A model generated the notes under the pieces. The model was not told where the DNA came from, made no database searches, and was given only the letters and a program-made list of their open reading frames with translations. The position numbers and the translations under genes are program-made. Below, one piece after another: positions 49,280-58,969 of a DNA stretch of 64,000 bases; position 1 is the stretch's first letter, and every line of letters begins with the position of its first letter. Origin of the DNA: an uncultured Bacteroidota bacterium. GTDB taxonomy: Bacteria > Bacteroidota > Bacteroidia > JABEUT01. The stretch spans positions 10,855 to 74,854 of the forward strand of contig CAVYDB010000001.1 in the NCBI GenBank assembly GCA_963767125.1, given 5' to 3'.

Positions 49280-49834
49280 TCAATTTTTTGGTTCTAAAAT
49301 TGTTTTGGAATCGTATAGTGCAATATAAATATCCTTTATCCCTTGGATTATCATTAAACTAAAAGGTTGAGATAATCTACTCTTATTGAATTGCTCAATA
49401 GTCATATGTCTATCCTGACCTGAAGGTGTGGGGTAATCTTCAGGATGCGTATGCCACTCACCAACATAGAACATTTTACCTGCACTATTCTCAAACTCGT
49501 AGTCCACAATAATTTGTGCAGCATTTTTGTCACGAATAAAACTCGTGCGAGTTGCCTTATCAAACTTATTAGGCACAGATGCTTTCACCACATAAATTGT
49601 CTTACCTTCTACTGAGCCAAGTAAAATTCCACCGGCTTCATTTTTGTGAAGTTCATCCTGTACATAATTCTTAAATACGGCCAATGCACTTTCACTAAGA
49701 ACTACTCTATAATCACCAATTAAAAAACTCAGTCGCACAGTTTTTATTTCCTGATATTCTTTTGTTCTTAGATATCCCATAATCTTTTTTACAATAGTAT
49801 AAGCCTTCATGTCAAAAAATAAATAGTAAATCAA
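49280..49834 (-). CDS. cap3: CBASS Cap3, JAB/MPN isopeptidase (true start probably at or after ATG 49810)
   Basis: EAGGILLG and YVGEWHTHPE..PTPSGQD; last gene of the CBASS operon. Confidence 0.9.
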   Translation of the reverse strand: MIYYLFFDMKAYTIVKKIMGYLRTKEYQEIKTVRLSFLIGDYRVVLSESALAVFKNYVQDELHKNEAGGILLGSVEGKTIYVVKASVPNKFDKATRTSFIRDKNAAQIIVDYEFENSAGKMFYVGEWHTHPEDYPTPSGQDRHMTIEQFNKSRLSQPFSLMIIQGIKDIYIALYDSKTILEPKN

Positions 49835-51582
49835 TAAACTAGTAAACTCCCTGGGCTGTTTTTTTGCCCAATATCAGACAATTCTATGCCCAATTTGGAT
49901 ACCATCTCCGTATCACCAACCCATGATAAACACCAGCTTTTTTCATCTGTTTTATCCATTGTTTGGCATATTTTAGGGAAAATGGCTGCTAAGAAACTCA
50001 CAACGCTTTCAGAAGAGTAAGGAGTATAAGATGTATTACAACCTGCTTCCTGTATTTTAAATAGTGCATTAATAGTATAAGCCCTCTCGCTAATTATATT
50101 ATACTTAAACACAGTTTCATCATTAAAAAATTCACCAAACCTATTATCTTTCGGGTTAATATACAGTACGTGCCCTCCTGCTAAATATGGTTCAATCCAG
50201 ATATAAAATACAGGCTTTATTATTTTGCCTGCCATTTGTTGTTCATTTATCCATCTTTCGTGGTTGAATTTACCTATTGCGATAAATATGAAATCTGAAA
50301 TATTAATGAGATCAGCCTCTTCGTTTATACACTTTACAACAGAATTGGGTCTAACATGTATTTTCTTTAACGGCATCTTCTGCTGTATAAATTCAGACAT
50401 TGCTTTTGCCTTATTCTGTCCTGTGGAGAAAAAGCCTAACAAATGTCTGCCAATGTTATCAATAGATAACACATCAAAATCAATGAAAGTATACTCTTCT
50501 ACCCTTAATGAATTTAGAAAATGGGTCAAGTTAGAACCAATACTACCCAACCCTGCAACGGTAATGTTTAATTTCCTTTTTTCTTCCATTTTTCCTTCTG
50601 TTCTAATTAAGAGCCTCTGTTTTGTGAAAATATTGGGTAATATTCTTTGCGCATATTTTGAAACTTCTGGTTGAGAAGACATCACATCGTAAGATTTCAT
50701 TATACCTGGCCTAAAACCTGGTTTGTTCGTATTGAGCTCATAAATTACAAATCCTAAGTAATAATCGACATCTTTTACCTTTCTTCGAGAAAAAATGAAT
50801 TTTGGAAAGGTTGGAGTATTAATAAATTTTCTAAAATTTGAAAAGATTGTATTACCTTGTGTCTTGACTTGTTCTATAATTTGTTTATACTGGATGCCAA
50901 ATGGCGGAGTGCGTAAATTCCAGTCACCTACAAAAAAAGCAGCTCTTTCCTGATAGTTAATCGACAGATTGTTAAAAGCCGATAGAATTTGAAGGTGCGA
51001 GTTACCATAGGCATGCAAAAATAAGCAGTAACCTCCTGAAATATTAGGGTAAAACACTACACCTATATGCTCTTCTATTATTGGCTCATCTATAATTGAA
51101 TAAAACCCTGGAAGTAGGGACTCTTCATGCTCATACTTATGTTCCCAATACGAAATGAACTCCGCCTCAAAATCCGCAATGTTTTCTTTTCGTACTCCTT
51201 TTTCTATTACTTTTTTCGCTTCTTTTATACATTTTTCAACCACTGTTTCAGGTGAATCAGGGTTAGGCAAAGTTAAGTCTGGATCTACAATGCATACGTT
51301 GCAATCGGTTACATGAGGCAAATACTTAGTCTTTTGATAGTATTCTTTTGAAATAAAAACCTTTGGAAAAGTTAGAGGGAAATCAGGTTCAAATAATAAA
51401 TACAACTTTATTACGTCCGGTGAATTGACGGGCAACGGAATTTCGGTTTCAACTTCCCATAACTCTCCAATGTATGGCTGGGGTAGGACTTCATTTTTTT
51501 CAGCCTCACTTAATACCCTAATCGTGTTATCCCTACTATTATATCGTAAAGCCCTTGTCCTAGCTTCGTCAAAATCTATCAT
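49831..51582 (-). CDS. cap2: CBASS Cap2, E2 + ThiF/E1 fusion
   Basis: FP.TFPKV...LPHV...VC...EF.SYW (E2); VAGLGSIGS, DFDVLSIDNIGRH, EAGC.TSYTPY (E1); TAATG overlap with the cyclase. Confidence 0.9.
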   Translation of the reverse strand: MIDFDEARTRALRYNSRDNTIRVLSEAEKNEVLPQPYIGELWEVETEIPLPVNSPDVIKLYLLFEPDFPLTFPKVFISKEYYQKTKYLPHVTDCNVCIVDPDLTLPNPDSPETVVEKCIKEAKKVIEKGVRKENIADFEAEFISYWEHKYEHEESLLPGFYSIIDEPIIEEHIGVVFYPNISGGYCLFLHAYGNSHLQILSAFNNLSINYQERAAFFVGDWNLRTPPFGIQYKQIIEQVKTQGNTIFSNFRKFINTPTFPKFIFSRRKVKDVDYYLGFVIYELNTNKPGFRPGIMKSYDVMSSQPEVSKYAQRILPNIFTKQRLLIRTEGKMEEKRKLNITVAGLGSIGSNLTHFLNSLRVEEYTFIDFDVLSIDNIGRHLLGFFSTGQNKAKAMSEFIQQKMPLKKIHVRPNSVVKCINEEADLINISDFIFIAIGKFNHERWINEQQMAGKIIKPVFYIWIEPYLAGGHVLYINPKDNRFGEFFNDETVFKYNIISERAYTINALFKIQEAGCNTSYTPYSSESVVSFLAAIFPKICQTMDKTDEKSWCLSWVGDTEMVSKLGIELSDIGQKNSPGSLLVY

Positions 51583-52637
51583 TACGCTGTCCGATGAGGT
51601 GCTCCAATAAAAGGTTTTTTACTTTGTACCTCAGCGCCTTCAGGCATATCTATTGCTAAAGCGCATGAAAATCTATCTCCAAAATATCTCTGCCACTTAT
51701 AACAAGCCTCCTTTTGATTTGGGTTATTTATTGCTTGTTCTGCCGATTGAATAAAACCCTCCAGGTCCTTCTTAAATATTGCTTTATCCTCGGACTTATC
51801 ATCCTGCATTATATTTTCAACTTTTGTGGTAGGTCGTATGCACTGAATCCCATATTTGTTGAAGTAGGTATTAACGCCCTTCAAAACCTGCAAAAACGCC
51901 TTGTCGTCTCTTGGATCTAGCTCAAAATTTTCGGCCGTCAATATTGATAGCACAATACCCGGTGGCATATACCTGCCATTCTTTTTATAATCGCCCCATC
52001 CCTTTAGATACCTGACTATTCGTCTTAATTGGTGATCATCCTTCCGAATAGTCTTCGCCCAAGAAAAATACCTGTCTTCCAAAGCTTCGTAGATGAATGC
52101 TTTTTCAAACTTGGATTGAAGTATCTTGTTTTCAAACCATTCAATAAAATCTATTGGATTACTTTCAACCCAGCCTTCTTTTTTATGCGCTAGATATGGC
52201 TTTTCAATGCTCGTACCATAATATATGGGTAAATCAACGTGAAAACCGCTAGTGAAACTTCTCCAAGCATTGTACTTAACCCGTACACAAGTATCTTTTT
52301 GCTCAATTGTTCCATCCTCACCAAAGTCCTTCAGAGATTTAACAACAAATTGATGAAATGCATCCGGCTTAGCAACCTTATCTACAGAATTTTCACCAAT
52401 GAAATAAATGCCCTCATCTAAATCATAATCCTTGTTCTGTGGATCAATAATGGTGTCCATTACAAAAGAGCCTTGAGTACGGAAATCGATTTTTAAACCC
52501 GGTTCGTTTAGGGCATTAAAGCCTTGGGTTATTTTTCTAATTAGATTAATTCTTTTTTCTTCCAATTCAGCCCGATCTTTTTCTTGGAGCCTGATTGTAG
52601 AATTGTAATCCTCAAAGAGCTTGTGACAATTTGCCAT
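51582..52637 (-). CDS. CBASS cGAS/DncV-like nucleotidyltransferase (CD-NTase)
   Basis: QGSF.M.T.I.P...DYDLD, CVRV.Y, FHVDLPIY, QLRRIVRYLKGW, PPG..L..L, W..YFGDRF. Confidence 0.93.
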   Translation of the reverse strand: MANCHKLFEDYNSTIRLQEKDRAELEEKRINLIRKITQGFNALNEPGLKIDFRTQGSFVMDTIIDPQNKDYDLDEGIYFIGENSVDKVAKPDAFHQFVVKSLKDFGEDGTIEQKDTCVRVKYNAWRSFTSGFHVDLPIYYGTSIEKPYLAHKKEGWVESNPIDFIEWFENKILQSKFEKAFIYEALEDRYFSWAKTIRKDDHQLRRIVRYLKGWGDYKKNGRYMPPGIVLSILTAENFELDPRDDKAFLQVLKGVNTYFNKYGIQCIRPTTKVENIMQDDKSEDKAIFKKDLEGFIQSAEQAINNPNQKEACYKWQRYFGDRFSCALAIDMPEGAEVQSKKPFIGAPHRTA

Positions 52638-52648
52638 GATATTATATA

Positions 52649-53281
52649 TTAAAATTTGCCATTGAGGGTTTTCGAAATAAATTTTACTTCTATTTCCCCT
52701 CTGGTTTGTGGCTGGCGATTAGTAAAGTAATGCCCGATCAGTTTATTTTGCCTTCTGTCTTTACCCGGAAGGAACCGTAGTTTGTTTGTGCCCTCGTGAA
52801 TAGGTAAACTACCAGTAAGTTTTGTTCCGCCATTTTGGTAGAACATATAAATTTCATAAAAACCATCTTCTCCTCTCTTGATATCTTCTACCAAACTGGA
52901 AGAAGACGTGCTTTCATTTGCACCATCACTAAAATATGATAGAACTTTTACTTTAGAAGCCGTTTGAGTTACTTCTATAAAGCAGGATTTCTCCTTGTTT
53001 TTATCTTCCCGGATATATCTAATACAACCTTTGTATCTTCCGGAAATATTTGGAACGTCAACCAGAAAGCCGAAAAAAGGTATTTTCCATAAGAAGTTAT
53101 CGTAAAGAGCAAAGAGTCCCGTCAGAGCTGCTATAGTGGTTGGCGCTTCGAAATGTTCGGCTATTACAGGATAAGATATGAAAAACGGTTTTACCCATAA
53201 ATCCAAAACCCAGCTTATGAGACCTGACAGAAATATGATTACTATTACTAGTAGAGTAGGTTTGTAATATTTAAAGGTCAT
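52649..53281 (-). CDS. cap15: CBASS 2TM beta-barrel membrane effector (Cap15 / S-2TMbeta-like)
   Basis: Two TM helices, YD..LWK, PNISG.Y.G, I.QT, S.S, Y.N, HEG, L.G.YFTNR..TRG. Confidence 0.85.
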   Translation of the reverse strand: MTFKYYKPTLLVIVIIFLSGLISWVLDLWVKPFFISYPVIAEHFEAPTTIAALTGLFALYDNFLWKIPFFGFLVDVPNISGRYKGCIRYIREDKNKEKSCFIEVTQTASKVKVLSYFSDGANESTSSSSLVEDIKRGEDGFYEIYMFYQNGGTKLTGSLPIHEGTNKLRFLPGKDRRQNKLIGHYFTNRQPQTRGEIEVKFISKTLNGKF

Positions 53282-53336
53282 ACTTTTAATTTATTGATTC
53301 TTTCCTTTTGTGTCCATATGTGTTCTATATCAAGAT

Positions 53337-53366
53337 ATTAACAATTTGTCTTTACAAAATGTTAAT
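53337..53366. promoter_or_regulatory. 30-bp imperfect palindrome in the CBASS leader, candidate repressor operator
   Basis: ATTAACA-A-TTTGT-CTTT-ACAAA-A-TGTTAAT. Confidence 0.5.
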
Positions 53367-53408
53367 TTATTTTTTTTCGGGCTTAACAGCTATTAGGTAT
53401 TTTCGTTC

Positions 53409-53456
53409 TATCTTTGCAATATGAAGGATGCTGAATATTTTGGTTCGACAAAGATA
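53409..53456. promoter_or_regulatory. Face-to-face Bacteroidota -7 promoter boxes
   Basis: TATCTTTG on + (53409-53416) and on - (53449-53456). Confidence 0.55.
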
Positions 53457-53513
53457 CATAATATTATTTTGTCACACACATGATACAATTCTTTTCTTAT
53501 AAACTTATTAACA

Positions 53514-53849
53514 ATGGAAACAACCCTTAACACCAGTTTATTGGCAGGAATGCTGAAAAATAAAAGAGCAGACAAAGGATTAAGAGCTGTAGCTGAAGAA
53601 ATTGGCAATGTAAGCCACGCTACATTAGCAAGGATAGAGCAGGGTAAAGTGCCGGATGTTGATACCTTCATTAAAATTTGCAAATGGCTGAATGTATCGA
53701 CTGAGACTTTTATAATAAACAATTCCATGAAGCAGAGTACATCTGCCAAGGATTTGGCTATTGCACAGCTTCGTGCTGATAGGGAGCTAACTAAGGATAC
53801 CTTACAAATGCTTGTAAAGATGATAGACATGGCGTATTCAGCAAAATGA
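53514..53849 (+). CDS. XRE HTH repressor, CapH-like
   Basis: GLRAVAEEIGNVSHATLARIEQGKVPDVDTFIKICKWL; LRADREL tail; divergent from CBASS. Confidence 0.8.
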   Translation: METTLNTSLLAGMLKNKRADKGLRAVAEEIGNVSHATLARIEQGKVPDVDTFIKICKWLNVSTETFIINNSMKQSTSAKDLAIAQLRADRELTKDTLQMLVKMIDMAYSAK

Positions 53850-53856
53850 ATTACTC

Positions 53857-54447
53857 TTGGCAACCAAAGGCAATCTTAAACGGGGCTTTAAAGCCAATGC
53901 TGAACGCTTAGCTGTTGAATATCGCGAGAAACTTGGATTGAATCCTTGTGCCCCGTTACCAGCCTCTAAGCTTGCTGAATTTTTAAAAATACATATCTAT
54001 CCTGCCACTGAATTTCTAACATCGAACTCAGAGATAGCTTCTATATCGGGCAATAATGGATTTGACTGCCGATGGAGTGCATTAAAAATGCAAACTGAAG
54101 CGGGCAATATTATTATTATACATAATCCATTTCATTCTAGTGGTAGACAACAAAGCGATATAATGCATGAATTAGCTCATATTATTTGCAAACATGAAAA
54201 TGACCTTAAAAAATATAATTTCACAATTCCTTCTGGAATGCGCATTTTTAATGATGAGCAAGAAGAAGAAGCTAAATGCTTAGGTTCAACTTTACAGTTG
54301 TCTTCCCCCTGTTTGCTTTGGGCTGCAAAAAATGAAATGCAAACTGAAACAATTGCAACCTATTTCGATGCTACAGTTGAAATGGTTAATTACAGAATGA
54401 ACATAACTGGAATTGCTAAACGAGCTGGTTTTAGAAAACGTGCATAG
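53857..54447 (+). CDS. ImmA/IrrE-family Zn metallopeptidase, CapP-like
   Basis: RGFKA.AE, WSA, N..HS..RQ.SD.MHELAHIIC.H, QEEEA. Confidence 0.85.
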   Translation: MATKGNLKRGFKANAERLAVEYREKLGLNPCAPLPASKLAEFLKIHIYPATEFLTSNSEIASISGNNGFDCRWSALKMQTEAGNIIIIHNPFHSSGRQQSDIMHELAHIICKHENDLKKYNFTIPSGMRIFNDEQEEEAKCLGSTLQLSSPCLLWAAKNEMQTETIATYFDATVEMVNYRMNITGIAKRAGFRKRA

Positions 54448-54660
54448 TGTCATAATTATAAGGCAAACAATGGAATTAAATATGCCGAATACTATTTGAA
54501 AGTGGTACGCCATTCAAAGGTAAAGTATTATTTTTTAAAGTACCTAAAGAGTTCAAAGGAAATTTAATTTATTTGGAAAATTGGAAATGGAGCTAATCGT
54601 TCCATGTTGATTCCCTGTGTATTAGGTTCATTCTGTTTCAATTATACCCAAACCCTACGA

Positions 54661-54691
54661 CCTGCGTAGTTAAGGATTTAAATCGTGGGCT
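54661..54691 (-). repeat. Right junction: terminal inverted repeat + direct repeat + half REP
   Basis: CCTGCGTAGTTAAGG ATTTAAAT CGTGGGCT. Confidence 0.85.
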
Positions 54692-54764
54692 GTAATAAAA
54701 CCCTGTTGGCAGGAATGGTTTTAACCATTTGAGGAATGATAATAGCAGGAAATAACAGGTATAT

Positions 54765-55727
54765 TTGCATATATTTTTACTTTCTATGACTATAAAAACT
54801 CATATTAAAAGAATTGTTTTACTCACTGCCTTAGCTTTTACAACAATGGGTGCATATGCGCAGGATATGACAATTCAGCAAACAGTAGATTATATAAATA
54901 ATAATATTGATTCAAAACATAAAATTCGATTGGATTCTAATGGCAAGTTGAGCATTATAAATCATGAAAATTCTAATGATTTTGAAAACTATACTATTAC
55001 TTCATTTTATTTACTAAAGGTAAAAATATCAACTAACGATGGTTCGCCGTCAACTTCTTATAGTATCAATTTTGAATGTCAAGAGTATCCTGATAATTGC
55101 ATTCAAGCAGATTATTATGGGGGAGAACCCAGAACCTATATAGACAAAAGCACAACTCTATTTGTTGAGGGGGTAAAACAACAAAGAATATTTAACGCTT
55201 TTGACCATTTGAAGGATTTAGTTGGAACTGAAGAAAGGTTCCAACATCCATATGACCCTGACCCTTTTTCCAATGTCAATTATAAAAAGCCCAACGTAGT
55301 TAATAAAACCAATCAGCATGATTCTAAATCACCTATTGATGCTATTCCCATGATCAGAAGCCAGAATGGATTATACGAGATACCTGTAACTATCAATGGG
55401 GTACTTAAAATTGATTTTATTCTTGATTCAGGTGCCTCGGATGTTAGTATTTCTTCTGATGTTGCCCTAACCTTAATAAAAACAGGAACAGTTAAAGAAA
55501 GTGATTTTATTGGTTCTGAAATCTATACTTTTGCTGATGGAAGTAAAGCCACGAGTAGGGTTTTTATTATTAGGAAACTGACAATAGGTAATCACGTAAT
55601 TTATAATGTTAGGGCATCAATTACTGAATCTATTGATGCCCCTATGTTATTGGGGCAAAGTGTACTATCGAGATTTGGGAAAATGGTAGTTGACAATGAT
55701 TCTCATACCTTAAAATTTGAAAAGTAA
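54765..55727 (+). CDS. Secreted protein with C-terminal retropepsin-like aspartyl protease domain (probable start ATG 54786)
   Basis: Signal peptide; YEIPVTING..IDFILDSGASDVSIS, FADGS, LLGQSVL. Confidence 0.85.
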   Translation: MHIFLLSMTIKTHIKRIVLLTALAFTTMGAYAQDMTIQQTVDYINNNIDSKHKIRLDSNGKLSIINHENSNDFENYTITSFYLLKVKISTNDGSPSTSYSINFECQEYPDNCIQADYYGGEPRTYIDKSTTLFVEGVKQQRIFNAFDHLKDLVGTEERFQHPYDPDPFSNVNYKKPNVVNKTNQHDSKSPIDAIPMIRSQNGLYEIPVTINGVLKIDFILDSGASDVSISSDVALTLIKTGTVKESDFIGSEIYTFADGSKATSRVFIIRKLTIGNHVIYNVRASITESIDAPMLLGQSVLSRFGKMVVDNDSHTLKFEK

Positions 55728-55771
55728 AGTAGGCTCCTCGTATGGAACTGAAAGCCAATTCCAAAGCCTAT

Positions 55772-55800
55772 TTCTACAAACAGTAGGCTCCTACGGAGCC
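55772..55800. repeat. REP-like palindrome between convergent genes
   Basis: TTCTACAAACAGTA GGCTCC-TAC-GGAGCC; partial GTAGGCTCCT copy at 55729. Confidence 0.5.
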
Positions 55801-55807
55801 ATTATTG

Positions 55808-58458
55808 TTATTCCCCCGTCGGTTCCCCTTCGCTTGGCGCTATATCTGTATTCGCTGCACCATTCTCACCAGTGCCTTCCCCACCTTCCAAAGCCTCTTC
55901 CACTTCAGCGACTTCCGGGTCAGCTTCAATTTGGGTAACGGCGGCAATGGTGTCATTGCCTTTAAGGTTAATAAGTTTTACACCCTGGGTTACCCTGCCT
56001 ACCACGCGGAGGGCAGAGACAGGGAGTCGTATGGCAATACCGGAGCGGTTAATTATCATCAGTTGGTCTTTGTCAGTCACATTCTTTATAGCTATCAGGC
56101 TGCCTGTTTTTTCAGTTACGTTAAGTGCTTTCACGCCTTTGCCGCCCCGGTTGGTTATACGGTAATCTTCCACATCAGAGCGTTTGCCGTAGCCATTTTC
56201 CGATACTACTAATACGTGAGAAGTAACATCAGGAATACAAATCATACCTATTACTTCGTCTTTTTCTCCTGTAATCCGTATGCCACGCACCCCGGAAGCA
56301 TTTCTACCCATAGGGCGTACTTTCGATTCATTAAAGCGTATAGCCCTGCCCGATTTGAGTGCCATAATCATCTCATCTTTCCCCGAGGTGAGGCGAGCCT
56401 CTAAAAGTTCGTCACCTTCGCGAATGGTAACGGCATTAATACCGTTTTGTCTCGGTCTGGAATAAGCCTCCAATGAGGTTTTCTTAATAATACCCTTCTT
56501 GGTGCAAAGGATGATGAAGTTGTTATTTATATAATCAACATCCGAAAGGTTCTTAACATTGATATATGCCATAATCTTATCACCGGGAGCTAAGCTAAGC
56601 AGGTTTTGAACGGCTCTGCCCTTCGTATTCTTTGCTCCTTCAGGAACTTCAAAAGCCCGCATCCAGTAACATTTGCCTTGCAAGGTAAAGAACAGCAGGT
56701 AATTATGGTTAGTAGCGGTGAACATGTGCTCCAAAAAGTCCTCTTCCCTTGCTTCCGCAGCTTTGGAGCCTCTTCCGCCGCGGCTTTGCAGCCTGTATTC
56801 GGAAAGAGCGGTACGCTTGATGTATCCAAGGTGAGAAATGGTTATTACCACATCTTCATCGGCAATAACATCTTCCATACGGAAATCGGCTCCGGCATGA
56901 ACCCAATCGGTTTTCCGTTCATCGCCATATTTTTCCTTAATTTCCTCTAATTCCTTTTTGATAATTTCCTTACGCCGCTCTTTATTTTCAGGTTTCAGAA
57001 TATCTTTCAAGTCGTTAATCAAGTTCATCAGTTCATCGTATTCAGCCTGTAATTTATCTCTTTCCAATCCTGTCAATGTACGCAGACGCATATCCAAAAT
57101 AGCCTTAGACTGAATTTCATCTAACTGGAAGTTGCTCATCAATTGGGTTTGAGCTATTTCAGGGGTCTGTGATTCACGAATAATGCGGATAACCTCATCC
57201 ATGTGGTCGAGGGCTATCAATAACCCTCTTAATATATGGGCGCGAGCTTCCGCTTTTCTAAGTTCAAATTGGGTACGTCGGACAATAACTTCGTGACGAT
57301 GAATAACAAAGTGCCCCAACATCTCTTTGAGATTAAGGGTAAGGGGTCTCAGGTTCTGAAGTTTACCTTCCTTAATTTCAGTATCTATGGTGAAAATATC
57401 ATTGGAATTGATTTTCTCATGTCTTTCGAGATTTATCAATGCCACATTATTCACATTGAAAGCGCTTTGTAATTCCGTTTGCCTGTAAAGGGTATTGATT
57501 ACGATGCTTGGAATAGCATCTTTCTTCAATTCAATAACAATGCGCATTCCATCCCTGTCCGATTCATCACGAACATCATGAATATCATTAATTTTATCTT
57601 CGTTTACCAGTTCCGCTATCTTTTTAATCAACTCAGCCTTATTTAGCATATAAGGTATTTCATTGATTACAAGTTGTTCCCTTCCGGCTACAATTTCTTC
57701 TTTATGCTTGCATCTCACCACAATTCGTCCTCGGCCGGTTCTGAATGCATCTCTTGCCCCATCAAGCCCGTAAATGGTTCCTCCAGTCGGGAAATCAGGG
57801 GCTATAACAATACTTTTCCCGTTTGCATCGGGCAGTATTAATTCATCTATGGTTATTTCCGGGTTAGCGATATAGGCAAGCGTAGCATTAATGATCTCTG
57901 TGAGATTATGAGGGGCAATATTGGTAGCCATACCCACTGCTATACCCGATGCTCCGTTCAGCAATAAATTAGGGATGCGGGAAGGCAACACAGCCGGTTC
58001 TACTTCAGAATCATCATAGTTGGGGATAAAGTCAACCGTTTCCTTATCAATATCGGCAATCATTTCTTCTGCCAGTTTGCGGAGGCGGGCTTCGGTATAA
58101 CGCATAGCTGCGGGGCTGTCTCCGTCAATAGAGCCAAAGTTACCCTGACCATCTACCAAAGGGTAGCGCAATGACCAATCTTGAGCCATACGCACCATGG
58201 TATCGTAAATGGAAGCATCACCATGCGGGTGATACTTACCCATTACTTCCCCACAATTTTAGCGCTCTTTTTATATGCCCGGTTCGACAATACTCCCAAC
58301 TCATACATACCGAATAACACCCTGCGATGCACGGGTTTAAGCCCGTCGCGCACATCGGGCAGCGCCCGTGATACAATTACCGACATTGAATAATCAATGT
58401 AGGCAGTCTTCATCTGTTCTTCTATATTGATTGGTATTATTGTCTCTCCTGTTGCCAT
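55808..58458 (-). CDS. gyrA: DNA gyrase subunit A (apparent one-base deletion at about 58250)
   Basis: [27 protein letters not shown], catalytic AAMRYTE, GyrA-box QSRGGRG, beta-pinwheel CTD. Confidence 0.95.
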
Positions 58459-58576
58459 ATTATAGGTTTGTTAAATTAAAATTAAGGTGTCTGCTACTAT
58501 TTTAGCACTAAGCCCCGAAATTATACAAATTGGTTGGGAAATGGGCTAAAAACTTGTTGCGGATTTATTAACAAAG

Positions 58577-58618
58577 ATAGTGGTTAGTAGTTAGTGGTCG
58601 GTGGATAGTGGTTAGTTG
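58577..58618. repeat. Heptamer tandem repeat (WTAGTGG x6)
   Basis: ATAGTGG TTAGTAG TTAGTGG TCGGTGG ATAGTGG TTAGTTG. Confidence 0.75.
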
Positions 58619-58969
58619 CTAAGGCTTTGTCGGGCGAAAGAAAAAACGGCATAAAACGGCATGGAGTCCTATACTTAAGTGCATGACAATGAGACAATTC
58701 CCCGATTGCTGTGTCCCTATTGGGTTTCAGGGGTGGTTTTTTATTAATCGAAAAGGGAGAAAGTGAAATTTATAATATCATTATTAATGATAATAATGGA
58801 ACGCAGATGACGCAGATTGTTTATGGTTTTTAAGATTTAATAAACGTAAATTATAATCTGCCGGAGGTGGATAATGTAAATAGATAGAATAGAACACGCA
58901 TTTTAACTTTAAACTATATCTTTGCGGTAAATAACGACGGTATTAAACAAAATTTAGTTAAATTAAAAG

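Larger units (their letters stand above)
32807..54675. mobile_element. 21.9-kb transposon-like island with IS1380-family transposase, inserted in a REP palindrome
   Basis: Left end CCTTAATTACGCAGG (32807-32821) and right end CCTGCGTAGTTAAGG (54661-54675) are 14/15 inverted; ATTTAAAT is repeated on both flanks (32799-32806, 54676-54683). Confidence 0.8.

Noticed and set aside
54765-55727. Retropepsin-like protease as retroelement evidence or transposon cargo
   Set aside because: It lies outside the right IR, has a signal peptide and belongs to a common bacterial family; no reverse transcriptase is present.
58240-58260. gyrA split into two genes
   Set aside because: One extra base in the C4/G4 run restores [13 protein letters not shown] in an essential gene, so it is most likely a sequencing error.
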